Assembly (NCBI RefSeq): GCF_000143415.4
Contig: NW_003314342.1
Location: forward strand, 271,569-335,568
Direction of reading: 5' to 3'
From: Selaginella moellendorffii
Lineage: Eukaryota; Plantae; Lycopodiophyta
DNA: 64,000 nucleotides
Part shown: positions 1 to 11,494 of the stretch, piece after piece
How positions within the stretch are numbered: the first letter of the stretch is position 1
How the letters are laid out: the number at the start of each line of letters is the position of its first letter
Position numbers and translations under genes: made by a program
Notes under the pieces: generated by a model
The model's database searches: none
Seen by the model: the letters and a program-made list of their open reading frames with translations, nothing else
What the model was told of the DNA's origin: nothing

Positions 1-435
1 ATTGCAATTGACTCCAACCATCCTTCCATAGCACAAGGGGGAGTATTATGAGTTTAGCACCAAATGCAACTACACATGTACTAGATAACATCATGTCGCA
101 TCTCCGGTTAAAAAAAGAACCTGTACAACTTCTCGGTCACATGATAATGTGTTATATGCCCACTTAGAATAAGAGAATCATGGTAGACATGGGGAAACAT
201 TAAAGATTGAAGGCCCTATCAGCTATAAATACTCATCAGGATTTGTCCCAGAAAATAAATAAAATCGTCCTCAAGGTGATATTAAGAATGGAAATGCCGA
301 AATGGCAAGTCATCAGTAAATGATACAAGATTCTCAAACCCATTGCAAAGCTTTCAAATGAATAGTTTAATCTTTTGAGCCTCACGAATCTTATCAAGAA
401 AAGGTAAATTCTACTTTGCACATTGTGGACATTGA
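1..435 (-). mobile_element. Degenerate fragment (RNaseH-integrase junction / integrase N-terminus) of the short-LTR Ty3/gypsy family
   Basis: Aligns by eye with ~54115-54550 of the minus-strand copy (shared TTGACTCCAACC, ATATGCCCACTTAGAATAAGAGAATCATGGTAG, GGCAAGTCATCAGTAA); many transitions; continues off the left edge. Confidence 0.8.
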
Positions 436-1280
436 ATGCCCAGCCTTTGCAATTCCTCTTACGCATGGCCAACATCATCACAAACATGGCAAGTGCCCAA
501 AACAACATAAATAAAGCCTTATTCTCCATGATTTGTAGACAAACTAAGAGAAGAGAGAAGTAGTTTGATCTGGGGCTCATATTTATAGTTCAAGGCAGCT
601 ATAGAGTTGTGTTGGGACTCTGTAGTCAAGTTTCATATTTGGGAATTTCTTCTTTTTTCCAGCATTATAGAAAAAAAAAGAAATTCCCAAACATGGAACT
701 CAAAGAGATAAGGACTAACTGATGCCATCCCTATGAGCAGCTCCTGCCTCAGTATATAACAAGCTTACTAGCAGCAAAAAGGTTGTTGTTTTAGGTGCTC
801 ATCACGTTTGTAATGCTTGCCGTGGACGTGGGAGGAATCTCACCTAGAGGATGGCACTGGTATGGATCGTAAGTTTCCTCTCGGGAATTATCTAGCAATT
901 TTGAATGTATAATTCAAACGATGATAAATATGATGAACAAGTTGAGGGAACACACTGTGACCACTATTTCCTTTTTACAGCAGAAATCCAATATGAAATG
1001 CTGCCTTTGGAAAAGCGTATTCGCCATTGACAAATCAAAGCTCTACTTTGTCAGTCTAAAGAGTTTACTGTATTCCAGGAAAACACCAGTAAAAGCAAAT
1101 GAAATGATCGATGAGAGGAATCACTACCACGCAGACGTACCAATTGATGTTAGAGGTAGAGATGATGTGACATGTAATTATGCCTATGTGGCAGTAGTTT
1201 CATGTACATGTACCATCCATATACAGTTGAAATACATAGAAAGTTCTTCCTCCTCGTGCGTGTCTCTTTGCTGCTAACAA

Positions 1281-2517
1281 TTGAATCTTCTAGAACAAGC
1301 TGTGGACGATCTAGAGCAGCATGCATTGTCGCTTGATGATGACTACGCACAACTCCTCACAGCAGCTTGCATCCAGAAAAGAGATTTGCGTCATGGCGCC
1401 AGGCTCCACATGCTCATCCTTCACCACCAATCCAACAGGTACCTCGCAAATCTTCTCATCCAGCTCTAAGGAAGGTGCGAGCGCGGGGATCGAGCATGGC
1501 AGGTGTTTATCAGCCATCCATATTGTTGCATGGGTCTCTATTCACACGGCTCATGAAAACCGTGGAAACTTGGAGGAGTGCCAAGCATTGTTTGATCAGG
1601 TTCTAGAATGGGATGTAGTTTGCTGGAACTCGCTACTTACAGCATATGCCCATAACGGGCATATGGATCAAGCAAGCCAGATCTTTGATGGAATGCTTAG
1701 TTTCTTGGACTGTTATGATTAATGGGTATTCCAGAAAAGGTCTGTTAACAACGCGCTAAATTTGTTCATGAGAATCCCCGAAACCAAGGAGCTGGGATGA
1801 ATTGTTCTTGTCACCCAGCTTGGGCATATTGAAAAAGCCAAGGAGCTTTTCAGTAAAATGCCACACCACGACTTAAGCTCGTGGAACGCAATGCTAGCAG
1901 CAACACAGCCTGAAAGAAGCAAGGTCTCTGTTTGATGGCATGCCACAGAGGAACGTTGCATCGTGGTTGACAATGATCACCGCACTGGCCGAGAGAAACC
2001 AGCTCGAAGAAGCTCGCATTCTCTTCCATCGAGCTCCTTATCACGACGACGTGGTTTGGACTGCCATGATCTTGGCCTACTCCAACCATGGCCACCTCGA
2101 AGAAGCTAGGAAGATGTTTGCACGGATGCCACAGCATGCGATGTTTTCTGGCAGCAGGGTGAGGCGAGAAACGAGATAAGTTTCCAGGGAATTTTCCTGA
2201 CTTGCAATAAGCTCCATGTGGCACTCGACTACTTTCGATCTATGGTGGCGGAGTACAGTATTTCTCCAAATGTGATTCACTTCCAGGTGATGGCAGATGT
2301 GCTGGGACGAGCCGGGCTGGTTGCCGAGGCTGAAGGTCTGCTGCTGGTGATGCCCTTCCAGCCGCATTTCCTCACGTGGAAGAGCTTGATCAGTGCTTGC
2401 AAAGTTCATGGTAGCGGCAAGAACATCGATGTTGCAGCTCGTGCCGCAGAGAAACTCTTGGAGATGAAACCAGGGGACTCTGGCGCTTTAAGTGCTCATG
2501 TCAGCTGCGTCACATGA
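1281..2517 (+). pseudogene. PLS/E-class pentatricopeptide repeat (PPR) pseudogene
   Basis: PPR motifs in alternating frames (YAQLLTAACIQ..YLANLLIQL*, DVVCWNSLLTAYAHNGH, NVASWLTMITALA, DDVVWTAMILAYSNHGHLEEARKMF) plus an E-domain (MADVLGRAG..MPFQP..TWKSLISACKVH); broken by stops and frameshifts. Confidence 0.85.
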
Positions 2518-2987
2518 GTCCATTTTAATTAATAGAATAACAGAAAGTAATTATAAGTAAATTAAATAAGAAAAACAATTTTAATGAATAAATCTTGATA
2601 ATTATTGATATCACTTCAGATTGCTCTAGAATGCCCAAGAGATTGTCAAGAGCCTGCCAGTGAGAAAAGACGAACCCACAAGAGAACACATTGCTGCAGA
2701 AGGTTTCTATAATGCTCATCAAGGAAGAGCTTGTATGGTGGGATGTAGAACTGCTATAGATGCATTAAGCATGACAATCTCATCCAGATCCAATATCCAA
2801 AAAAGGCTCTGAAACCACACTCTCAAATTTCAGCAAACTATTCCATGGACGTGCAGCAAGCAAGGGTATGATCAACAAGTGCAATGTGTCCTTTCACTGT
2901 GTGGAAGTATTCCAGTAGATTTGTAATGAACAGTAGTCTTCTGTGTCTGGGAAAACTGCAACAAGACAATTACAGTGACTATTCTAG

Positions 2988-5900
2988 TCACTTTAGAGTT
3001 AAGTCATTAATGTTCAAGATCCCGAACATGTCCTGCAGCAATGGGTCCTGCACTTCCCAAACCTGCTTAATGGCCTGGTACCTCTTGGCACCATCTTCTG
3101 GAATGATCTTAACGATCTTTTGTGGCCGCACCTGAACATTCTTTATATCCTCTAAGATCTTCAGAAAGTCAGCATCCAATGACAAGCAGTCCAACCCCCT
3201 AGTTTTGACTATGATCTGATTTTTTATGTCTGCTGTCATCCATTCTTTCCAACGCTGAATCACTACCTCCTTCCCTCCCTGAGACTGCACCACAAAACAA
3301 AGTAAGAAAAAGATGATACAACGCCAAGAGAACCTGTTCTTGTTGAGCTGGATTCTTCCCTTTATGCTGCACCACACAGAAAGAATCAGAAAAGATATGA
3401 AGGTCCCTATACAAACCTGTTCTGGATTTATTGGAGTTTCAAGAACAGCTATCCACTCAGGGCCCAACTCTCTCTCAGACTGCACCAGAATACAAGAGTA
3501 AAGAAACAGATGATACAACACCAAGAGAACCTGTTCTTGTTGAGCTAAATTCTTCCCTTCATACTGCACCACACAGAAATAATCAGAAAAAATACAAAAG
3601 TGGATTTACTCGATTTGCAAGAACCTGTTCTTGTTCAGGTGTCAACTGAGAGCCCGACTCTCTCTCAGACTGCACCACAATACAAGAGTCACACAACGCC
3701 AAGAGAGCCTGTTCCTGAGCTGCCCCTTCATTCCGCCTACTCATTGGGCATCCACCCTGCGATACAGAAAGAATCAGAAAAGAGATGATACAAAAGTACC
3801 TACACAAACCTGATTCTCCCGTTCTAGCCTCTTCCGAATTTCATGCACCTTAGACCCCAGCTGCTGCACTGCCTTCTGAGCCTCCTTAGATAAACTAACT
3901 GCTTTCCAAACGCGCTCCGGTGCCACCATATCCACTTTGTTCGCATTCCCAGAACCAGAATTGAGGTCCATATGTAAACTCAGATATGGTGACTCGTCCA
4001 AACATCCGAGGCCTGAAAACTGTGGAGAGTTTTTGGCGAGAGCAATCAGCCCGGACGATCTCTTCATATCTTTTGCCTGAATGAAGAGCGCGCTCAACTT
4101 CAGCCTGTCCTTCATATCTCCCAAATGAATGGGCACTAAGATGTCCACACCCCATGCACCACGGTAGCATACTATCCCACAACGCCTTTTAAAGGCCTCA
4201 ACGAGATCAGACAAGTCTGTCTTGTCTTTGTAGATCCTACGGAAGCAGTTGATACTTATCTTGCCTTGTGCGACAGCTCGCACCTTTTCCTGGTGAGGCA
4301 TCTTCTCCTGCTGTGCCAGCTCGCTGAGTGGCATTTTCACCAGTTGAGAGAAAAACTCGTCCACTGTACACCAAGATCGTTTTTCTCCAGTCATTTCCCG
4401 TGCCTTGTCTACTGCCTCCAAGAGTATGATCCTTAAAAGTAGCTCCCCCTGTTCACCTTTGTCTACGATGCCCGCGGACAACAATGCTTGGAGAGGCTCA
4501 AACAGAAGCCTGTAGCCATCTGGTGTCTCCTTGAACTGTTGGATACACACCAATGCAGCTTCAGAAAGAAGCGGCTCAGCCACCCACGTAGCAAACAACC
4601 GAGCTCGGCCACTTGTCACGTACAATGCAGTCAGCATATGACTCGCAATCAGATCCTCCACAAGTTTGGACGATGGATCTATGAAAATCCCGTATCTGAC
4701 TCCCAACATGGCAATGCGCGCATGCTCGCTGTACCGAGTGATATCTCTAGTCGTAACCAAGGTAAGCTTATACTGCGCAATCCCAAATACCGTTTGAAAC
4801 GCCTCTGCTTTATCTGCATCTGTAGCACTCTCAAGCCATCGGTGAGGATCCTGGCAGGATTCAGACGCATCCATAGCAGGATCCGTGGCGAGGTTGCTCA
4901 GGTAGAGAGACCACCAAAGTGGTCGGCCATACTTGAGCATCCACTCGTTACTAACCACCTCCTCAAAACAATTCCCCTGTGTAGACGTAGCTGGCAGGCG
5001 TGTGCTGTTTTCCCCGATATCTCCCTTAAAGAAGGCAACCAAAGGAGACGGAAGAAAGCAGCGATTCCGACTCCACGCAGAAGGATCACACCACTCGGGT
5101 TCTAAGAAACTGGTGACCCTGGATGTAGTGTCTATGAACAGAGTTAAACATGTTCCACCTAACACTCGTGTAGATCTTTGAAGCGGGATGTACACGTTTT
5201 CTTCCCGTCCATCTTTGGAAGGTAACAGCGACCGGGCTTCATCGAAGACGAACAGCAGCTTCAACGGTTGGCCTGTCGTCTCCGTACCAATTTCCAAAGC
5301 AGGGACCTCACGAATATACCTGTTGAAGACTTGAGTGGCTTTAGTCTCCCATGTCGTCCATAGTTCCATCTGAGTACTGGCCTTTATCTTCTGGAGAGAC
5401 TGAAGTTCCTGTTCAAGTTTTTCGATCCGATTCTCCACTCCCGGCCAAAAGTCTTTTCCACCATCTACCGTCATCATGTTTGCAAACACCTGCGGCGTCC
5501 ACGGCTCCTCTTTCCCTAGTCCCTCACCCAGCTCCTCAATGCATGCGATCCAATAAGCAAGACAGTAGGTCATGCATGCGAGATGGCCTGCGTAATCTCC
5601 ATTTCCCAGTGCCTGCCTGACACGGCCGAGGAAAGCATTTCTGAAATATGACGGCTGAGGATAACAGGAGCCAGAACCCAGCGACAAGTAAATGACCCAC
5701 ACCTGTTTCCGATGTAACTCTCGAACCACCCTCGACTTACCCCAGCCGCTGGACTGGAAGAGACCAACGACACGTGAAAAATCAGTCTCCTCTTTGATCT
5801 TGTTCAGGGCGTCGTAAAGCGAGTCTACTCCACTGCCCTCATACTCCATGTCAAATGCTCGACCTGTAGCAGCAGCAAACATAAACCTTCATGCAAACTG

Positions 5901-6442
5901 ACGCACTTACTTGCTGCCGTCGTTAACTTTATGCCATGTTGTGGACGGAATTCCTTGTACTGCTGCTGCTCCTCCGGTGTCAGCTTGTACCAGCAAGCTC
6001 TATAGATTCCATCAAGCCATTCCTCGCCCTTCACCTTGTTGTGGATACACTCCCAAGATTCGAAAAGAAGCGCTGGGTACTTCTCCAGCACCATTCTCAC
6101 TTTTGATTCCCGCGCCTTGTTGTCTACTTGTTGCAGCGCCATTTCAAGTACATACCGTGGGCCGATGCCTTTGTGTTTCTCTTGCTGCTCTGGCGACAAC
6201 TTGTCCCAACTCTCAAGCAGCAGATCCAGATACCTCTGCTTCCACTCAGGATCGAAACCTTCAAAATCATCGAACAGGTCCTCCGGGCATTCACGATAGC
6301 TCATCTCGATCGATCGCACCATCTCTTGTGCAGATTCCAGCTGCTCCAATGCCTTGCAGCTCTCTTCTTGCCGTCTCCTCCTTCGGGCTTCTACCGAATC
6401 CTCTCCCCAATCCTCCCGCTGCCTCTTACCTCTATCGGCCAT
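2988..6442 (-). CDS. Crinkler-related P-loop NTPase + PD-(D/E)xK endonuclease protein, spliced, ~1030 aa
   Basis: Exon 6442-5911 joins 5863-3810 in frame across a 47-nt GT-AG intron (5864-5910; A|GT CGA GCA TTT = S-R-A-F). Motifs: Walker A QSSGWGKSR, Walker B LFVFDEA, FIDT, YGRPLW, EPLLSEAA, DKGEQGEL, and VDILVP...FIQAKD. Followed by phase-0 micro-exons (3709-3756, 3625-3669, 3531-3563, 3417-3479, 3334-3366) and a last exon 2988-3284. Confidence 0.75.
3285..3809 (-). repeat. Tandemly duplicated micro-exon/intron units
   Basis: Repeated ...GAACAG|GTT(C/T)... donors and ...GGTGCAG| acceptors; two alternating intron types and two alternating exon types (TCTGAGAGAGAG.. and ..AAGGGAAGAAT..GCTCAACAAGAACAG). 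Confidence 0.8.
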
Positions 6443-6594
6443 GAGCCGCCTCCGAGTTAGGGCTAGGGCGAAAACCTTGAATAAGAATAAGAGAGAAGAA
6501 TCTTATAGAGTGGATAAAATAATGTACGGATTCATTTATTTAAATATAATTTTTGTACGTAAAGGTATAATATATGATTTACTGCGTATAAACT

Positions 6595-7617
6595 AACGAG
6601 CTCGTGGAGACGGTCCGGAGAAATCTTCTCATGGCAGACTGGAATGATCCCGACCACGTCGAGTCTCTCTTGAATCCGAAGCAGTGGAAGCTCAAGAATA
6701 CTACGCTGAGAAACGTCCGGCTGTCTTGCTGCGTTGCGGGCCACATCAAAGTCCGGAATGCTAATCAAGATATCCAAGAAACGATGGAGATGCTTGTTCA
6801 GGACGGCATGGATCCAACCTCGGACCAGTATGGATTCATAAAGGGCTCTCTTCTGCTTGGAGGAAACTGCTTCAGGTACTAAAGTTTTATCTTTTTCCTT
6901 TTAACTGGTTCCATTACTTCGTTTGCAGGTGTGGAGAATGGTGTAGACTTCCGATCTTAACACCTTGTCGTCACTTCTTGTGCTTGTCGTGCGTATCGTT
7001 GGATTGTGAACGATGCATTTTACCGGAATGTGGAAAACCGTACCAAATGCAGACACCGAAAGCTCGTCCAGAGAATCCAAATCCGCAATGGCCAGTTCCA
7101 CAAGATCTTATTGAGCTACAACCATCCTATATCCAAGTAAGCGAATGGTCACCCAAAGGTAGCTGGCTCACAGTTTTCGGTTGTGCAGGAAGACTGGCAT
7201 TCTCAATGGCAAGCAACTTCAAGCAGTAAAGCCTCTTATCTTGTTGAAAGGCTGAGAGGCCTGCAACAGGAAAACGGGAAACTGCCTGAAAAGGCCATCG
7301 TGTTTTCCCAGTTTTTGGAGCATATAAGTGCAATTGAACTGCAAGTAAAGAGCTGTCGCAAGTTTGGCTTATGATCTTACTTTCGTGTTCTTCGCAGCTC
7401 ACCAAAGGAGGGGTAGAGCATGCAGGAATGTACAGTCCCATGCCTGCTGCAAGCAAGGTAGAAAGCCTTTCTTTTTCTCACGTTTGCTTATTGTGAAGCT
7501 GGATGCTATCAGATGAAATCCTTGAGAACGTTCCAAGAGAACCCCAAATGTGTCGTCCTTTTGATGGATAACAGCTCTGCTCTTGGACTGGGCTTAAGTT
7601 TAGTCACCCATGTTTCG
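6595..7617 (+). pseudogene. Internal fragment of an F-box/CW/SNF2-RING helicase gene (At3g54460-like), truncated at both ends
   Basis: Spliced translation VRRNLLMADWNDPDHVESLLNPKQW..CCVAGHIKV, RING-like CFRCGEWCRLPILTPCRHFLCLSC, RPENPNPQWPVPQDLIELQPSY, KAIVFSQFLEH, LLMDNSSALGLGLSLVTHV. Short GT-AG introns; no N-terminal domains and no helicase C-terminal end. Confidence 0.8.
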
Positions 7618-8406
7618 TCTAGAATACATCATTACAAACAAAGAATTGCCTTATCAATTGGTGAGGTACATAAAGAAAGGCTAAGTGGCATCTTCCAGCT
7701 CCTCTATAGTGGCCATGCTCATCTTTGTCATGGCTGATAGAGCTACTGCCGCTGGGGGCTCGGGAGGATCCTGCGGTGGATCTAGAGCCTGTGACTCCAG
7801 ACTGCTGATGGCGCCTATTCCCACAGGGATTGCTGTGGCAATTGAGTGGGAGATCTCTGAGTGGGAGATTTGAGAGCTGCAACTTCACTTACCATTTACT
7901 TGAGTGCATTCTCTCCTTAGGGCTACGCCCTTTCCCTAAAGCAGCGGCAGAGATCCTCGATGCTGGGAGCAATGGTGGTGATTTCTGTGGGAAAATTTTA
8001 AATTCAAAAGATCTTTAAAAAAATCACAATTTCAGGAAAAACATAGGCTAGTCAACAAACTTTTTCACTTGACAAGACAAAAAACAAGCACAGTCATGGT
8101 CAACACATTGCATGTGACACGTGTCACTATGCCTTCCTCTCTCACCCCACACAGTTTGGCCACCTCCCATTGGCCAAGAGCAAACATTAGCATGATAATT
8201 CGTTAAGATGTGGTTAAATAAATAACCCTTTTACAGTTACCCCTCATTGAACAGCAGCAATTGGCTAGATCTGGTGGCCCAGAAAGTTTGGCACTATTAT
8301 GATAGATTTTTAGAAAAAACTACTCACAAAATTTTAAAAGCCGCTCATTACCAAAAAGTCTAAACTTATCATAAGTCCGTTTATTTATGGCCCAATATCC
8401 ATCCAT

Positions 8407-10475
8407 TTATGGCCTAATTTTTTGTCCATTGATGGCCCTAACATCGTCCATTTGTTGCCGTGAGGAGTGAGGGTGGCGTGGGACAATGACATTCTTACAA
8501 GCAAGCCCAGAGATATTAGAGTGTTTGCTTGGCATCAGAGATTCCAGGACTTCATTCTTTCTCTTATTTTTTTTTCTCATTGCTTCCTCTTCTTTCTCCC
8601 TTTTTTTCTTCAAGGCTTCCAATTTTTTCTTTTCTATTGCTTTAGCTTTTCTGGCTGCTGCTTCTTCCCTCGCCTTTTTTCTTGATGGCTGCTGCTTCTT
8701 TCTTTTTTATTGTTGCTTCTTCTCTTTCCTTTTTCCTTGCAGCCCTTTTAATTGCTTCCAATTTTTTTTGCTTCTCATGTGCTTCTTTGTGGCAATTGCT
8801 TCAACAACACTAGTGAATTCTAGACTTGTTAAAACAGTTCTAGCACTAGCTTGCAACACTAGTCCAAGTCGAAGACGACTTTGCACCCCTGAAAATAATT
8901 TTGCAAGTAGGTATGCCACTTTATTGTTTTTTGATTGCCATCCAGGCACATCCACGTATTCCTCACACTACTCAACTCAATGCTCTAGCAAAGCTCTTGG
9001 AAAACAAAGTTGTAAGTGAATGAGAATTGAGAAGTGCTTTTTACCTAGCTGCTCAAGTTGTGTAGGAAGTTTAGGATGCTCAAGCTAATCACGATCACTA
9101 CTTGCTTGTTGCTTAGGCTGCACTAGATCTTGCTCAAGTTCTAGTTCATAATTGAGGTGGCTGCTGATCTCTTGGTCTCCCAGCTCCAAAGTGTTTTTGA
9201 AGTCTGCTTCAAAGTTGTCAAGAGATATCACATGGAGTGTACTTGGACCAAAGTGAGTGTCCATAGCATTCTTATTCAACAGCCATAAACCACTTGCTCT
9301 AAAACTAGACTAAATATTTGCAGGTGTCAAAGCCATAGCCATGGGTTTACTGGATAACCGTGTGAGATCTTGATGATTGACTTCGTGTCCTAGATGTCCA
9401 AGAGTGTGTTCATCCATGCACTACCTGAAGTAACGCTTCTATAGCCCAAAACATGCAATGTCTAACAGCTGCATGCAATGAGAAGTATGTGCTACAAGAA
9501 GAATCACATCTACACCTAACATTCTCGCTGTGTCAAGTGCAACCTTTATGACATGGGATCCGTGGCTATCAACAATGAGAGCATGGCGGTTTATAGGCAA
9601 GCATCCACTAGGTACTAATTTCACAAAATGTTCAAGCCACTATGGCCACAAGTTGTTTGTCATCCAGGCTTTCTTGCTGATGGCAAATGCAACTCCAACT
9701 TCACAATCTGTGATCCAATTTTGCTCCACTCACCTTTGAAGATATAAAAGCCAAGTATTCATCCATCTACTGCATTTATGGCCACTAGAACAGTCATGTG
9801 CTTTATGTTGTTTGGGACGATTCGGTAATAGGATCTTGCACTTCGGGCAGCCAACACTTTGACACCTCCAAAACGATTAACCCGAACGCCAATTTCATTA
9901 GCATTCCAAATGTGATCTACCTCATAGTTCTTTCCAGTGTAAATTGCTTCCAAGTTTTTGTAGAATTGTGCCACAACTACTTGATTCAAGGACTTTACTT
10001 GTTGCAGCTCCAAGGCCTCAATGACTTTGCTACTGATCTCTGGGTGTCTTTTCATAAAACCTCTGCACCATTTTCGACTTGGTCTTCCTTCTATCCAGGT
10101 AGTTACTTTGCCAGTAACTAACAACTTTGCTGCATCTTTTAGCTGATTGAAAGTGAGTGGATAACTGATTTCAGCTTAAGCTTTCACTAGAGATGCAAGA
10201 GACTCTTCTTCCGATGATGTAAGAATGGTGGGAGAACCTGGTCGTCTTGTGCTACGTCCCCTTAACTGATCTCACAAAGTCATTTGAGGTACGTTGAATT
10301 CTTGAGCAGCTTTTCTTTTAGACATGCCATACTCTTCCACTTCATGCATAGCCTTCTTTATTGATTCTTCATTCCATGTTCTAGTCATATGCTTCTGGCT
10401 ACGTGCTTTGGCTGGAGGCTGACTTACAAGACATAGAGAAATAGTAGAGAAGTCAGACATTTCTTTTTCTTTCAA
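8407..10475 (-). mobile_element. Degenerate pogo/Fot1-like DDE_1 transposase
   Basis: psq-type HTH (WNEESIKKAMHEV..MSKRKAAQEFNVPQMTL), CENP-B-type HTH (RPGSPTIL..PSRKWCRGFMKRHP), DDE_1 motifs IWNANEIG, LIVDSHGSH, AHTSHCMQLLDIACF, and a K/E-rich tail; several stops and frameshifts. Confidence 0.85.
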
Positions 10476-11142
10476 CTTGACAATCTTTTACCTTTGCAAT
10501 GCCAGGACATTGGCTTTCAGGTACACTTCTAGGGACATGAGCTGCCAAACTTCTCTGCACCACAAGCTAGAAGCAAGTCTAGTTAAAAATTTGAAATAGA
10601 AATAGATAGTTACCTCCTGCTGCAAGGATAGGCCAGAATGGGACAGCCTCTGGGAGCTGTGAGTGTTTGCGCGCGAGCTCTTATAAGTTGTGTTCCTTTG
10701 CCCTGTAGTATGCTTGTTTCTTATTATAGCTTTTTGACCAGGAAAGGAAGTGGTGCATGATATGCTTCATGTATGCATATTGTGCTGGCTGAGCTTTGTA
10801 GTTGAATGAATAGTAAATCTTGTGATAGGATCTAAGAAATTATTAAGAAAGGAATGTTTTTCTTCTTCAAAAGAGTGGCATACCTCAAGATTTGATGTGT
10901 TCTTTGCAATTTTTTCACTTTCTTACCCACTCCTAAGATATTTTGACCCTATGATGATATGCAACTTAATGAATTGCTAAACTCAACAAATCCCTGCTCC
11001 TACAGTTTTATTAAGCTTTCTTCTAAACTTTGGAATACAGATGAAATAAAGCAATGGAATAAGTTCCTTTTCTTCTAAATGGCTAGATTTGTGATTGAAA
11101 AAAGTGATGAATGCTTGGATGACACTCAAATCCATCATTATA

Positions 11143-11164
11143 TGGGTTTAGGGTTTAGGGTTTA
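11143..11164 (+). repeat. Short interstitial plant telomere-motif repeat (TTTAGGG)n
   Basis: TGGGTTTAGGGTTTAGGGTTTA. Confidence 0.6.
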
Positions 11165-11319
11165 TATGTACACACATATTTAAGTTCAGATTATGAAAGA
11201 TACAATTTAAATGTGTAGGCAAAAGTGTAAAATAAGTATAATATTTTAATACTCATTTTTATAAATAATATAATAAATATGTATTATTTATTATTAATAC
11301 CCTTAAAAAAAATTCACAA

Positions 11320-11494
11320 TGTGAGGGTCAAGTGTACGGCTATGATGCCGTATACTAATATTAGCGTAGTGGGATTTTGGTAGCCGTCGGATTGGTTTCA
11401 ATCCGGACCACTCGCTCCTGTATATAAGCTAGGGTTTTTGGGCTAATTGATATGCACATTTCTATATTCCCTTTCCATATTCCATGCACTCACA
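11320..11494 (+). repeat. 5' LTR (175 bp)
   Basis: TGTGAG...CTCACA with TATA box TATATAAG; 7 transitions versus the 3' LTR by manual comparison. Confidence 0.95.

Noticed and set aside
3285-3809. Repeat-spacer pattern as a CRISPR-like array
   Set aside because: The repeats coincide with splice donor and acceptor signals and the spacers are related to each other; exon-intron duplication explains it better.
4488-5105. 205-aa plus-strand ORF
   Set aside because: Antisense to the NTPase-nuclease exon; no independent support.
7610-7630. Helitron 3' end (CTAG) at the SNF2 fragment boundary
   Set aside because: CTAG is followed by A rather than T and no GC-rich subterminal hairpin is evident.
8486-9019. 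Phe-rich 177-aa ORF resembling a membrane protein
   Set aside because: Reverse complement of the K/E-rich tail of the pogo transposase.
11143-11164. Telomere or chromosome-fusion site
   Set aside because: Only about three units; such short TTTAGGG runs and telo-boxes are common in plant DNA.
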